From Octopus sinensis (Eukaryota): 64,000 nucleotides of DNA. The notes under the pieces are model-generated. The model was not told the DNA's origin. It was given only the letters and a program-made list of their open reading frames with translations, and did not search any database. This document shows positions 23,707-37,904 of this stretch, piece after piece (within the stretch, counting starts at the first letter, position 1; every line of letters starts with the position of its first letter). The position numbers and the translations under genes are program-made. The stretch covers positions 147,064,001 to 147,128,000 of the forward strand of contig NC_043000.1 of NCBI RefSeq assembly GCF_006345805.1. The letters run 5' to 3'.

Positions 23707-24996
23707 ATATTAGTTAGTTAGTTATTTAGTTAGACACACTATTTACCCCCTAAGTTGTGTAATTGAACGAGAAGCTGTCAGCTGAAAAAATAGAGTAGTC
23801 GTTGATTGAAAGATCTATATGTCCATCTATATATTGTTTTTGTGTGGCATATTTAACAGCCATTCTTTATAAGTATAACATATGTTCACATAAATATAAA
23901 ACTATTATATATAAAACCAGCTACGATTAGACTCATGGGCGCTATCGGGGACTAAATATTTTGCCTAAGTAAACGAACGTTTACTGCCTAGGTTCAGATA
24001 TATAGTCCCTGATATTTATGTAAGCGATACAACTTATGTTACCCATGCAGAGTACTCTGAATGTATTTTTCCGCAACGTTCTGACATTTCTCATTGACAA
24101 AGGGATAGCTTCATTCCTTTATTTTTGTTTTTTTCTTTCCTTCATTTTTTTTCTTCTCATTAACTATTTTATTTTCTCTCTGCGTCTCTCTTTCTCTTGT
24201 CTGATGAAAGATGAATGCATGGAAATTAAACTACGGGTTAATACCTCCTTTGTCAAACACTTCTCGTGTTGTACAGTACCTTCAATTTTTCATGATATTT
24301 GCACCTTATAAATAACACTTACGCGACCTCCTCTACATTCGAGTTCAGAGCTCCAACTTCGAATTGTACGTTAGATCAGAGGCTAAATTGCCTTGTATCA
24401 TCTTTAAACAGCTCTTTGCACAACATTTTGTCTTTATATTTCTTCTTCCTCATCCCCGTTAATCCCTTTCTATTTGATATAATTTTTACCTTTGTTTCTG
24501 TCTTTTCTCCTCACATTTTCTGTCACTTCTTCGCGCCTATTTTCCCAATTATTTCACAAACTGCGCACACTTTACATCCTTTCTGCCTTCTTAACACCTC
24601 CCATAAAATATCGTTTCTAGCTGATTTCTAATCCTGTGTTCGTGTTGTTATTTCAATCTTCTCGCTCACTCAATCTCTTAATCACAACTGTTTCTCTCTC
24701 TCTTTTTCTTCTGATGATGGACTAGTGTCTGAAAAGTTAAAGCATTTATCTACTACCTTATTTGCCAAATTTTGTTCCTCATATATTTCCGTTCATAATT
24801 CTCATTGAATTTGTAGCATATATATATGTCTGTGTGTATGTTTACATATATACATATAAACATATAAACATATATTTACATATATGTATACATTCGTAGG
24901 TATGCACTTACATGGACATACATATATATATATACATGTATATGTATTAATATATGTATATGCTTATAAATATATATACATATACATACATATATA

Positions 24997-25089
<93 letters not shown>

Positions 25090-25734
25090 TATTGTTGAAC
25101 ATTTACTGCTACAATTCACTTTTCTCCTGCCTGCAGTGCAATTCATAAGCTACTTAACTGTCCAAACAAATAGGACTGTCTTAGAATGATAATCCATTTT
25201 GAACTCAACATCCTTTCAGTACATCGAATCCAGTTGGGATATCTTAGTATAATGGACGTTAATGTAAATCACCTAGTTCTGCACACAGTTAAGTTGCCGA
25301 CGAATTCTTCCTAACTACCAAGATGCACATAAATGGGGCTTTTCAACCATTTTACTACATGGAACTCTTATTGTATGGTATGCTCACCTGATGTATAAAC
25401 AGATGTAAGCATCTTGTTTGGGGGTCTTTTGTTTGTTTGTTTTTTGCACAATATCTTTGTTGGCCAAAAAGACGGAGACCAGCCAGATTAATTTTCATAT
25501 GCTGCAATTCTTTCGATAATTATATATAATCTTTTCAGTTCTTCGGATACTTATAAACCCATTATTACTATGTGTTCGGCAAGTTAGATTCTTCAATTCC
25601 AATTTACAACACGTTTGTTTGCTAGTTCGATTGATAAATTACTGCTGCATAAATAGTCTTTTGCTTGAATAGTGTATATTACTACAGAATATATTCATGC
25701 ATTTTTGTCCAATACTGACAAAATAAAGGGCAAA

Positions 25735-26030
25735 GTGTAAAGACCCCCTTCGGTTATGAATGACCATGGGATTGCACCTAGAACTTACCCTCCGAGGCAC
25801 AAGTTCGGGCAAGGTTGTTGATGGAAGACCAGCAGTCACCCATGCATACTAGCCTCCCCGCTCCACACCACCGATGTCATCCAAGGGAAAGGCAAAAGCC
25901 GATACAACTTGGCACCAGTGACGTCGCAATTCATTTCTACAGCTGACTGGAAAGGAGCAACGTGAAATAAAATATCTTGCTCAAGAACACAGCACACAGC
26001 CTGGTCCAAGAATCAAACTATCTCATGATT
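25735..26030 (-). mobile_element. SINE family C, near full length
   Basis: Head atggctcagtggttaaagcgtcaagctcacaatc on the minus strand. Confidence 0.75.
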
Positions 26031-27239
26031 GTGAGCTTGACGCTTTAACCACTGAGCCATGCACCTTCACAGACAGAATAGTAATACAGTATATACAAGC
26101 AGAAAGAAACATCTTACCTTTAGGTGTACAGTATATTCGTACACAGAAAATATTCATAAACCAGACTAGTTTCTTTCTTGTGCTGGGATTCAACCGACCA
26201 TAGAAATACTGCTTATTCTTGCCAAACTATAGAATCCATACAGGATACTTTGTTACGGTAAAGATATATATTTATGAGCAACTTGGTGGCTGGTAAATTC
26301 AAGAAAGCAGATAGGTTCAGAAAGTCAACTTCCGATTAATATATATATGAGGGAAGGCATCAGGTTGTTGATTACTTCTAGCGGATTTTAACGGACACCG
26401 TGAGATATTAACCGAATCTCAGTTTCTCTGAATTCTTCTGGAAGCATAGTAGTCCTAGTGTAATCCAAATTTGAATAACCCGTTATAAGAGATGCCAATC
26501 GCGTTAGATTTAACAGAAGCATGATAAACACTGGATTTTTCAAGGCAATTTGTCTTTGACCTAACAAAGAATTGACTAGATAAACAACTTTCTGTGCATG
26601 CGTATGGAGATGTACACGTTTGTTAGTTGCATAGTTTAATTCTTACCTGAAGTCATGTTCACCTCATGTGACAATATAATAAGATTTTCGAAAGGTTTGA
26701 ACTGTAATAAATCTGGTGCCTTGGTATCCTTTCAAACATCAACAGAAGAAAAGAAAACAATATTCATTTTTATTTTTGACAAAACGAATAAAGAACAAAT
26801 TCTGACAGCTATTCGCAAGAATTATGTTTGCGTGTGTGCGATTGCATACGTGCTTTGTGTATGCGCACACCCGTGTGTGTGTGTGTGTTTGCAAGTGACT
26901 AAGCGTGTGACAGATTGTCTGTGAGTATGTCACGTCATTGACATTCAAACGTATTCTAGAATCCGAGGAAACATTGGCAGAAAACAGCTAATGAAATTCG
27001 TAAAATATAATACGATCAGGTGCCCTTGGGAAGCTGCGAGTTCTGACGTATTGAGCTGAAGCACTTCGTTTTAATGAAGTGAATGCATGCTATGTATAAA
27101 TAACAACAACATCGTACCAACCATATCAAAACAACAGCAACATTGAAAAAATAAAATTAAATCAATAAAAATCTAAAATAAACAGACATGAAAGAACAAG
27201 GAAACATAATTATTCAGGAATAAAAAGCGAAATTGGGAA

Positions 27240-28080
27240 ACAATTTAAATCTTCAATATTAGGATTAATATAAAAGGACGATGGATGTCAGAATCGGTGG
27301 AGTACCTTGTGGTTTTTAGTTACGTCCCTTTACATTTTGAGTTCTTAATCCCACTAAAGTCAACTTTGCCTTACATCCTTTGGGGATTTATAATATAAAA
27401 CAATAACATGCAAAACAATCAAATAGTGGGTTGATAAAATCGATTACCACAGTTCCTAAAATTTTTGACCTCGCGCCTACTTTTTTAAAATTAAGATTAA
27501 GAAGATAAAATCGGTTCAAATCTGGAGGAAATGCTTTCCAGCATTAAACTATGCTACTTTAACTTGTGTGTTTAATATACTGTTGGATTCCATTTTGTCT
27601 TTCATTATTCTGGAATCGATAAACTAGCACCAATTAAGTACAAAAATCGATGTGATTGATTTTGCCCCTCTTACCAAATTTAAGTTATTTTACCCGTTTC
27701 AGAAATCATTATTACCAAAAGTTGGGTAGTAAGGCCATGGATAAGAAAAATCGTAAGAGCGACGGAAAAATAGACATGGTGTAATTTGTTCCAATTGCTT
27801 ACGTTCTGAGTTCAAATTCTGCTAAGGTCAACTTGCCTTCCATCCCTCTGAGGTCGATGAAATAAAGTACTAATCTAGTACTAGATTCGATAGTATCGAT
27901 TAATCCGAAATTTTGGTTATGTATTTATACTGGAAATAATTACCAAGGGCAGTGGATGAAGTAATCGAAAGAGCGGCTCATAAGATACCATGCCGTATAT
28001 AATTATATCCATTTTGCATTCTAAGTTCAAATATTATCGTCAACTTTGCCCTTCATCCTTGCGGTATTGATTAAGTGCCA
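27240..28080 (+). mobile_element. Cluster of old, degenerate SINE family B fragments
   Basis: Repeated ttctgagttcaaattc...gtcaactttgcct...catcc blocks at ~27335, ~27805 and ~28020. Confidence 0.55.
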
Positions 28081-29344
28081 CAAACCACGAAACAGCGAGA
28101 CAGTCTCTACGAGATCACTCAACCTAGAAGAAATAGCAACAGACCAGCCCTTAAATCATAGCCTGTCGTCTTAAAAATGGAAGGACACGATCATTAAAAA
28201 TGTGGTTTTGCTTTTAATCCTTGTGGCATCGATGATAAAGTACCAAAAAATTAACTCGACCTACAAAAAATAGCAGCCAAATATTTCTCAAATCATAACC
28301 TATAGAAGGGCACATAGAATTATGTAGTCCCAGATAAACTATGTCAGGGAAAGTGAATGAGTGGCCACGGTTAGAATGTCTTTGATCATACGTCAATTCG
28401 ATCAAGACTGATTTGGGGGGTAAACAACAAGAATGACTAAATAAGGTACCACCAGTCAAGTACTCAGATCAATTAAATCGAATTGAACCTTTAACCCCTT
28501 AAAAGTGTTTAGCCTTCTGCCTATGTTAGAAATCAATATTAGGATTAAAACATTTTCCTAAATTTTGAAAGTGAAACGTTTCACTGAAACTTTACAATCA
28601 ATTACTTCATGCTTCACGACTTACGATAATATCCACGTTGCAATTTTCGTTTCTGTTCTGTTTGTTTTTTAGCAACTTGTTGAAAAATCTTTTATAGTCG
28701 CTTTTGATCATTTGCGAAGCCTTGATAGTTTTGATGGCGAATGATGGCGGTTCCTTTTGTTGTGGTTGTTGTTGTTGTTAGTCTTGTAGTTGCTATTATT
28801 GTTGTTGTTGTGGTTGTTGTTGGTGGTGGTGGTGGTGGTATTTGTTAGTGGAGCGGTGTCTGGTGGTGGTGGATGGTAGTGTTTTTTTTTTTTGGTTTTC
28901 TTTATATTAATTTAATCTGTTTTTTTTTTTCTATATTTTTCCCCTTATTTTTAATTTTTGGTTTCTCTCTAGATTTCTTTTTTTTTTTTTTCACCTGAAA
29001 GACTGAGGATCACCTCAACCATTATCTTTAATTTCTGTCTCCACCATCATCACACTGCCACTACCACCATCACAAACTCTAAATATCTTCTCTCTATCGC
29101 CATCCTTCTTATTCTGTTCATCTCACCCTTTTTTATGTTTTACACCCAATAATTCTATCCATCTACTTATTTCTGATTTTATTTATACACGCACACATAT
29201 ATATGCACATACACACACACGTATAAGTACGTGTGTATGCACGTACGCGCGTGTGTGTATGTATATATCTATTCACGTATGTGTGTATGTATATATATAT
29301 ATATATATTCATTCCCGTATGTATATATGTATGTATGTATATAT

Positions 29345-29404
<60 letters not shown>

Positions 29405-30032
29405 ATATATCCCTCTATACACAATCATACAAACCCCTTTTTATTTTCATATATATATATAAATATATATATATAAATATATATATATTCACGTATGTGT
29501 GTATGTATGTATGTATGTATGTATGTATGTATGTATGTATGTATGTATCTTAATATGATCTTTTAAAATATTGTGCTCTGAGCAGACATCCGCTTTTCTT
29601 CCACGCATGTGTCAAACTAAACTAATATCATTTCCGTCCAAACATACCACATTTTTTGAGTTTGATCGCGTGTGCCATTCTGATTTCTACACACTTACAC
29701 CCATACACATACAGAGGCATATACAAACATTAATAAATTAATGGCAAAAAAAAAAATAGGAGTTGCGTAATCATGTTTCTTAGCATACAGTATGCCTGCT
29801 TTAACGGACCCACATAACATTAATATATATTAATTTCCTCGGCATTCTGTACCGAATGCACGTAATTATTTGATGAAAATTTTCTAAATTAGATTAAAAC
29901 AACAAGTGTCATCAAATTTGTTATACGTAATATGTGCTTCAGTTCTTCCGTTTCACTTATATAAAAACTACCTAAATATGTTGAGTATACAGATACAAAC
30001 CTATGTACAATATAAATAAATATTTGACAAAA

Positions 30033-30428
30033 CGCAGGAGTGGCTGTGTGGTAAAGTAGCTTGCTAACCAACCACATGGTTCCGGGTTCCGGGTTCAGTC
30101 CTAATGCGTGGCACCTTGGGCAAGTGTCTTCTGCTATAGCTCCGGGCCGACCAAAGCTTTGTGAGTGGATTTGGTAGACAGAAACTGAAAGAAGCCTGTC
30201 GTATATATATATGTGTGTGTGTGTATGTGTATGTGTTTGTCCCCCTAGCATTGCTTGACAACCGATGCTGGTGTGTTTACGTCTCTGTCACTTAGCGTTT
30301 CGGCAAAAGAGACCGATAGAATAAGTACTGGTCTTACAAAGAATAAGTCCCGGGGTCGATTTACTCGACTAATGGCGGTGCTCCAGCATGGCCGCAATCA
30401 AATGACTGAAACAAGTAAAAGAGTAAAA
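30033..30428 (+). mobile_element. SINE family A, full length
   Basis: cgcaggagtggctgtgtgg head through gtaaaagagtaaaa tail. Confidence 0.85.
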
Positions 30429-30578
30429 CCAGTTATAGAAAATGCTATGGAACTTCGTTTCGCTTATGAAACTGGAAGGCATGTCAGTGAGTGTGGGTTT
30501 GAGAAAATAGTGCGGTTCGTTATCGTATGCTTTATTATCGTCGATCATGAATATAACTTCTATTATTATCATCATTGT

Positions 30579-31040
30579 TAAAGCGGCGAGCTGGCAGAAT
30601 CGTTAGCACGCTGGATAAAATGCTCACGTTCAAATTCTACAGAGGTCAACATGCCTTTCTTCCTCTGAGGGTACGATAAATTAAGTACCAGTAGACTAGA
30701 CCCTTCTGAAATTTTAGGCCTTGTGCCTATAGTAGGAAGGATAATTGTTGTTCAAATTCTGCAGAGGTCAACTTGCCTTTCTTCCTCTGAGGGTTCGATA
30801 AATTAAGTACCAGTAGACTAGTCCCTTCCGGAATTTTAGGCCTTGTGCCTATAGTAGAAAGGATAATTGTTGTTGATGTTGCTATTATTGTTGTAGTTAA
30901 GGTAGCAAGCTGGCAGAATCGTTAGCACGCCGGGCTAAATGCATAGTGGCATTTGATTTGTCTTTACATTCTGAGTTCAAATTCCGGCGAGGTGTACTAC
31001 TTATCCACTCGTCTTTTCGAGATCGATAAATTAAATACCA
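30579..31040 (+). mobile_element. Degenerate SINE family B units, including a ~122-bp tandem duplication
   Basis: gttcaaattct(a/g)cagaggtcaac...ggccttgtgcctatagta repeated at ~30628 and ~30750; new head at ~30898. Confidence 0.7.
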
Positions 31041-31059
31041 GTGGTCATCATTATCATAA

Positions 31060-31840
31060 TTAGAAGTGTTGGAGTGAGAGAGGCAAGAGAGTTTATTATT
31101 GATAGGAAAGCTTGGAGAGTGTTTGTGAATTGATGTTCCCCAAAGGGGTACGGAACCAGTATGATGCAGCGGGATGGGGGCTAAACCAGCACATGCTGTC
31201 GGGCCCCGCTGCTGACATCAGGAGTTGCTTTTCTATGCCTTGACCCGAGAATAGGAAGGACGGAGCTCGCCTTTATTGAGCTGGGAAATGAATGGAATGC
31301 CTGGTGTGTGTCTTGTTATGACTACTCCCTCCTATGGGGAATAGGCATTAGTAAATAAAAAAAAAAAACTATAGGCACAAGGCCTGAGATTTGGAGTAGG
31401 GAGATGGTTGAACTCCAGTGTTTCACATCGACCTCACTATAATCATTATCATAATTATTATAGTGAGGTCGATGTGAAACACTGGAGTTCAACCATCTCC
31501 CTACTCCAAATCTCAGGCCTTGTGCCTATAGTTTTTTTTTTTTATTTACCAATGCCTATTCCCCATAGGAGGGAGTAGTCATAACAAGACACACACCAGG
31601 CATTCCATTCATTTCCCAGCTCAATAAAGGCGAGCTCCGTCCTTCCTATTCTCGGGTCAAGGCATAGAAAAGCAACTCCTGATGTCAGCAGCGGGGCCCG
31701 ACAGCATGTGCTGGTTTAGCCCCCATCCCGCTGCATCATACTGGTTCCGTACCCCTTTGGGGAACATCAATTCACAAACACTCTCCAAGCTTTCCTATCA
31801 ATAATAAACTCTCTTGCCTCTCTCACTCCAACACTTCTAA
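31060..31840. repeat. 384-bp inverted duplication, one mismatch, 13-bp spacer
   Basis: Arms 31060-31443 and 31457-31840. Spacer cattatcataatt is also present at 31049-31061. Confidence 0.95.
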
Positions 31841-31885
31841 CCACCAAAGCCTTCCTCATTCTATCCATCCATCCACACAAACCTC
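31532..31885 (-). mobile_element. RTE-clade LINE 3' end with A12 tail, mirrored at 31062-31368 on +
   Basis: Minus translation WMDRMRKALVVRSVGVREAREFIIDRKAWRVFVN* resembles the RTE ORF C-terminus (W.D.....D...WR); 3' UTR ends aataaaaaaaaaaaa. Confidence 0.65.
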
Positions 31886-32576
31886 TTGAGTCCAAATTCC
31901 ATTCTAATATCAGTGCTAAAACAGTGGTCCGTGTTCACCAAAGAACTCGCTTATGTCTCATCTTTGTCACACAGTTTCAAATCATCCATGAAGAGGAAGT
32001 TGTTGATTGTTTAGGATCTTGCCTTTAGTCGGTGCTCCAGGTTCATTTTCCTAAGTACCAAGGTCAGGGGTATCATGCAGAGAACAAAAACAACAGAGAT
32101 AGGCTATCGCACTGGAAAATCTCCCTTCTGATACCCAGGGTGCCCAAGCTTTTTCCGTAAGATGTCAGTTCAGTTTTCCATCCCATCATACTTCTCTCCA
32201 GGAAGCACGTTACATTACTCGTAATCCACAACTGATCAAAGCACTCGACGATCCACGAATGTGGAATCATATCATAAGCATTGCGATAACCAGTCCAGAC
32301 CATTCCTAGATTTGTTCTCCTTCGTTTACAATCTTGCATTGCCATTTTGTCTATCAATAGCTGATCTTTGGTACCTCTGCATCTCCTTCTACAGCATTTT
32401 TGTTGCGACGGTAATATATCGTTCTCATCTTGAAATTTATGCAGTTATTCTGCAATTCCTCCTGACAGTAACTTCCGCATTAATGGGAGGCAGGAAATTG
32501 GTCTGTAATTATCAGCACCGTTTCCCTTTGATGCATCCTTCAGGCACAACATGAGTGCTTCTGTCTCTATCTTCAG
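31886..32576 (-). pseudogene. R4/Dong-type RT fragment
   Basis: [47 protein letters not shown]. Confidence 0.85.
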
Positions 32577-32580
32577 TGAC

Positions 32581-33320
32581 CTGAAGACAGAGACAGAAGC
32601 ACTCAGGAACAAGCGTTAAGGACCAATTATATGAAGTGCAGAATAGACAAGACTACCGATAGTGACAAATGCAGAATGCATGGAGAGAGGGATGAAACTG
32701 TATGGCTCATCGTTAGTGAATGCCCGAAACTGGCATAACGCGAATACAAAAGATGCCATAACAACGTTGTAAGAATGATCCATTGGGAACTCTGTGCAAA
32801 TCACGGCCTACAAAGAGCAAAGACGTGATATGAGCAAACTCCAGAAAATGAGAATTGCAAAATCTTGTTGGATGCAATGATCCAGTGTGATCACCCGTCC
32901 AGACATCGGAAACCGGACATTGTTGTGGTGAATAAAAAAGAAAGCACATGTATTATAATCGACATAGCATGCTCCGGTGACAACAGGATCAATTTGAAAG
33001 AAGAAGAAAAAATAAACAACTAAGACGATTTTAAGTGGGAAATACGAAGGTTGTGGTCAATGAAGAGAGTAGACATGATACAAATGGTAATTGGTATTTT
33101 TGGAAGTATCAGCACTCAACTACCAACATTGTTTGAAAAGATCGGTGCAAGTGTGAAGGTAGAAAACCTACAAAAATCAGCATTGCTTGGAACTGCAAGA
33201 ATTCTTCTCAGGGTTCTTGGAGCATGACCAGTAAACAAGTGTCACCTTAGTCTGCTGACTGTGGACAGCTGACACTTTCTATCATACCCAGCAAAATAAG
33301 CAGTGAGTTTTCATACAATA
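32581..33320 (+). pseudogene. R4/Dong-type C-terminus: CCHC finger, REL (PD-D/ExK) endonuclease and 3' UTR
   Basis: KCRM.GERDETVW.IVSECPKLA, HNNVVRMIHW, RKPDIVVVNK...IIIDIAC.GD, LQKSALLGTARILLRVL; followed by (TGA/TAA)n. Confidence 0.85.
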
Positions 33321-33357
33321 ATGAGTATGATGATGATGATGATAATAATAATAATAA

Positions 33358-33535
33358 CCTGATGCAATATTAAAGCCCTGATGCAAGCCAGGCAGTGATT
33401 ACCATGGCTTCTGGTCTTCATTGTTTGGAAGTGTTATCATGTACATGTTTTGTCCTGGTGTAAAACATCACTACAGCAAATATTTTGCTAAGTACCACAA
33501 ATTTGCTTGTCAGTTGCTTCCTGTCAAAATTGACA
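33358..33535 (+). mobile_element. Family T element, 5' fragment
   Basis: Aligns to 57541-57690; sits in (TAA)/(CAT) tracts. Confidence 0.6.
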
Positions 33536-33584
33536 GGCATGAGCATCGTCATCATCATCATCATCATCATTATTATAGTGAGGA

Positions 33585-33845
33585 TGCATGGCTTACTGGT
33601 TAGCGTATTACAACGCGATCGCGAGATCGTGATTTCAATTCCTAGACAATGAGAGGAGTAGCGTTCTTGAACAAAACACTTCATTTCACGTTCCTCTGCG
33701 ATCACTTCAACACCTGAAACGTGACACACCGTGTACCTGATCAGGCAAGGTCGATTTGATGGAGGGAGTGGTTTAATGTACAGCACGTGCATTTGATCAC
33801 TGTAAACAAGTCATTTGTTCAGGTCGTTCGGCAAAAAGAAAAGTG
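33585..33845 (+). mobile_element. Degenerate tRNA-headed SINE related to family C
   Basis: gcatggcttactggttagcgt...ttcaattcct...cttgaacaaaacacttcatttcacgtt. Confidence 0.5.
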
Positions 33846-33974
33846 CTGAATACTCATACGGCGTCTTCGACGGGAGAGTCCATCATTATTACTAGTACTA
33901 GTCAGTGATGGACTGGCCAGGTTACCAGCTCGCCTCCAGCAAAGTGGGCTCCTGCGCCATTAGAATTCATATAT

Positions 33975-34196
33975 ATTTCTTTACTACCCACAAGGGGCTA
34001 AACACAGAGAGGACAAACAAACGGATTAAGTCGATTATATCGACCCCAGTGCGTAACTGGTACTTATTTAATCGACCCCGAAAGGATGAAAGGTAAAGTC
34101 GAGCTCGGCGGAATTTAAACTCACAACGTAGCGGCAGACGAAATACGGCTACGGATTTCGCCCGGCGTGCTAACGTCTCTGCCAGCTCGCCGCCTT
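33975..34196 (-). mobile_element. SINE family B monomer with 16-bp TSD
   Basis: attagaattcatatat at 33959-33974 and 34197-34212. Confidence 0.9.
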
Positions 34197-34466
34197 ATTA
34201 GAATTCATATATGGGGGTCCATGTTAGTATCTAAGGGGCCCATATCCTCAAGTTTGAGAATTTTTTATTCACTCCTGGAAGAACGCATTAATTATTTCAG
34301 CCTGGCTGTGTCTGTAGACAGCTGAAAAGAATACTTTTGACACACACAAAAAAAGACAATTAAATGATAGCATTGTAGTTGCGGGTGAGCCCCCTTGCAG
34401 TTGCGGGTGGTCCCCCTTAGTCTCCTGGCAATCAATATTTTTAGACCCAGTCCGCCACTGGTAGTA

Positions 34467-34548
<82 letters not shown>

Positions 34549-35194
34549 TAGTAGTAAAACATATGCCACATTATACTTATATTGTTTATACATCCTGTTC
34601 TCATTTTTAAATTTCTTCCGTCCCTCCTTTTTTTTTTTATTTCGGTCCCTTTTTCTCCATCCATCTAGCGCTTACCTTTCAATTTTTCCTTCTCACATAG
34701 AAATCTGCTTGTCTTGGTACAATAATTCATCTATGACTCGTTATTAACGTTTCGTTCTCTCTTCTTCTCTATGTGTGTCGCAGGTTTTGTCCGCCTCCAT
34801 TTCCGCTCTTCAATTTTTTTCTTCTGCCAACTTCTGTTCCTCATCCTGCATCATCAGTTGCTATCCTTCTCACTCTGCCTCTTCTTCTTTTCATATATCA
34901 GCCACTTTCTTCCATAGAATTCTCCATCTGTTGATCCTTCTCACACACATCATATACACGAGAAACAACGTACGTGGTTTCATCAGTCGCACGTCCACAT
35001 ACAGATACCACTACAACACACATACATCCACGCTCACTGTTCGCTCATGCATTAGATACACAGGTGTGCATTGAGATACCCGAATATTTTCTTTCTTCTA
35101 TCTTTATGTTCTATTTAACCATCCAATTCTCCATCACTCAGTCTGCCCTCACACACGTGCGCACACGTACACACAGCAACGCACAGATTTATCT

Positions 35195-35212
35195 GCATTT
35201 ATATATATATTA

Positions 35213-35257
<45 letters not shown>

Positions 35258-35278
35258 ATATAATAATATATATAATAT

Positions 35279-35310
<32 letters not shown>

Positions 35311-35610
35311 CATACCTACATAATATATGTTATATATATATATATATATATAATATATATATATATACATACATACATATATATGTATATATATATACAC
35401 ATACATATGGTATGTATGTATGTACGTGTGTGTGAATATATATATATATACATATATATATGTATGTATGTGTATATATGTTATATGTATATATATGTAT
35501 GTATGTATATATAATATATATATATATTTATATGTTTATATATACGTATTGTAATATTTGTGCATGTATGTATATATATTCTAATATATACATACTATGA
35601 TATATATATA

Positions 35611-35643
<33 letters not shown>

Positions 35644-36461
35644 ATAATATATATATATATATACATATATATTATACTCATATATGCTGCATCGTATAAT
35701 CATTATTATCATTACATACGTATATGTGTGTATGTGTTGTGTGTGTATGTGTATGTATATGTATGATTGTATATGTGTGTGTGTGTGAATGTATATATAT
35801 GGTTATATAATATATGCATTTGCATGTTTGTAAGCAAGAGTGTTTCTGTCTGTCATATTACATAAAAGCATTAAAAAAATCGAGATACACAAACACACAC
35901 ACACATATGCACACATATGCATACGCGATCAAACAACACACTGACGTAATTAGGCATAGCAACATATCCATACACATACATACCGACGCACATACACACG
36001 CATGTGCACGCGCGCGCATACACACACACACACACACACAACTCTTTCATGCAAGTAATTGAAACGAACACCCACGTATAAACTCACGCCAAACACAAAC
36101 CGATACGCGAACACACGCACACATAGCTTGTGATACACAATTACACAAACTGGCATACGTTTGAGCATGCGCGCTCTTTCATAATGATATATATATATAT
36201 ATATATGCATGTGGGTGTGAATGTGAAAATATGTGCGCGTATGTATGCATATACATATATATATATACATACACACACATACGTGTGTGTGTGTGTGAGT
36301 GTGTATGTGCGCACAATTCTTCATCGCAAAATTAGCATTTAATTCCACCATAAACACATGCGCACTCACATATGCATATATAATATATATACATATATAT
36401 ACATATATACATGTATATATACATGCATGCATACATATATACATATATATATATATACATA

Positions 36462-36510
<49 letters not shown>

Positions 36511-36519
36511 CATATATTT

Positions 36520-36567
<48 letters not shown>

Positions 36568-36591
36568 ATAAATATATATATATTATATATA

Positions 36592-36635
<44 letters not shown>

Positions 36636-37286
36636 ATATGTATGTGTGTATGTATACTTATACATACATACATGCATACATATACATAAATGCTTATATA
36701 TGCATATACGTGTTTTACATATACATTTGTATATATACACACTTATATATACACACCATATTATTACATACACATACATATATACGTTTTATCAACCCAT
36801 TATATATACACATTTTCTAACATCGTTAGACATACGTGTATACAGTTTTATCGCATGGAAACGTGTGTTTGTGTGTGTGTGTACATGTGTGTGTATGTGT
36901 GTATATGTATGTATATATGTGCGCATGTGTGGGTGTACATGTGTGCGTGATTGAGTGTGTGTGTGTGTGTGTGTAATATAAGCATTTTATCCATTAAATA
37001 CATACACACACTGCCTCGCAACATTAAACACGCATATAATAGTAATATATAAATGCGTACACATTCCAACGCACCATTACAAACACACATACATACACGC
37101 ACGTACACACACAGGTACACACTCTACACACAAATATGCATTTTATAATATTAATACAATATGTACGCATGCTCACTTCAGTGCGTCATTACACACGAAT
37201 ATATATACATTATTTCGCTTCAAAACATACATACCCACCTCAAAATGCTTATGTATATGTATATGCATACACCCTTTCATCGCATC

Positions 37287-37325
<39 letters not shown>

Positions 37326-37330
37326 ACACA
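35195..37330. repeat. Extended (TA)n/(CA)n/(TG)n low-complexity region
   Basis: Direct inspection. Confidence 0.9.
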
Positions 37331-37466
37331 TAATTACACTCACAAGCATATGTCATCAACATATACCCACAGACCTACGTCATTGACCTATTGCAAATAT
37401 ATACACGTTCTATGATATTAAGAGCGAGAGAAAGAGAGGGCGGGAAAGAGAGAGAAAGAAAGAAAG

Positions 37467-37497
<31 letters not shown>

Positions 37498-37904
37498 AAA
37501 TGAAAGAAAGTAAGAGAGAGAGAAGTGTTAGATGATATAAACGTGTATCACCCACATGGCTGTTGTATCACATGATCAGGCACACACATGACCAGGCACA
37601 TTCACAACTACATATACAGAGACACATACGCGAACATATAAATATTTGCATTGTTACATATATATATACTTAGACGTATAACAGATAGCTTATTAATCTA
37701 TTCTCCTATCTAGCTCTCCGTTAAACTATCAAGCTATCTAGCTAACAACCAAACAAGCAAGCTAGTTAGATAACGATCAACGTTGTTTACAAGCAAAACT
37801 ATCTCTTTATCTTTTTCTCACTGTCTTCTTCCATTAAAAAATATAATTTCTTCCCACATGTACGCACAGTGAAAACCAATGAAACACATGGGCCTACATG
37901 TATC

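Noticed and set aside
24230-24660. Decayed RTE endonuclease on the minus strand (EVGALN…)
   Set aside because: Similarity is too fragmentary to support without a profile search.
31350-31351. Single arm mismatch as a trace of A-to-I editing in a reverse-transcribed copy
   Set aside because: If the left arm is the copy, the change is G to A (C to T), the wrong direction, and one site is uninformative.
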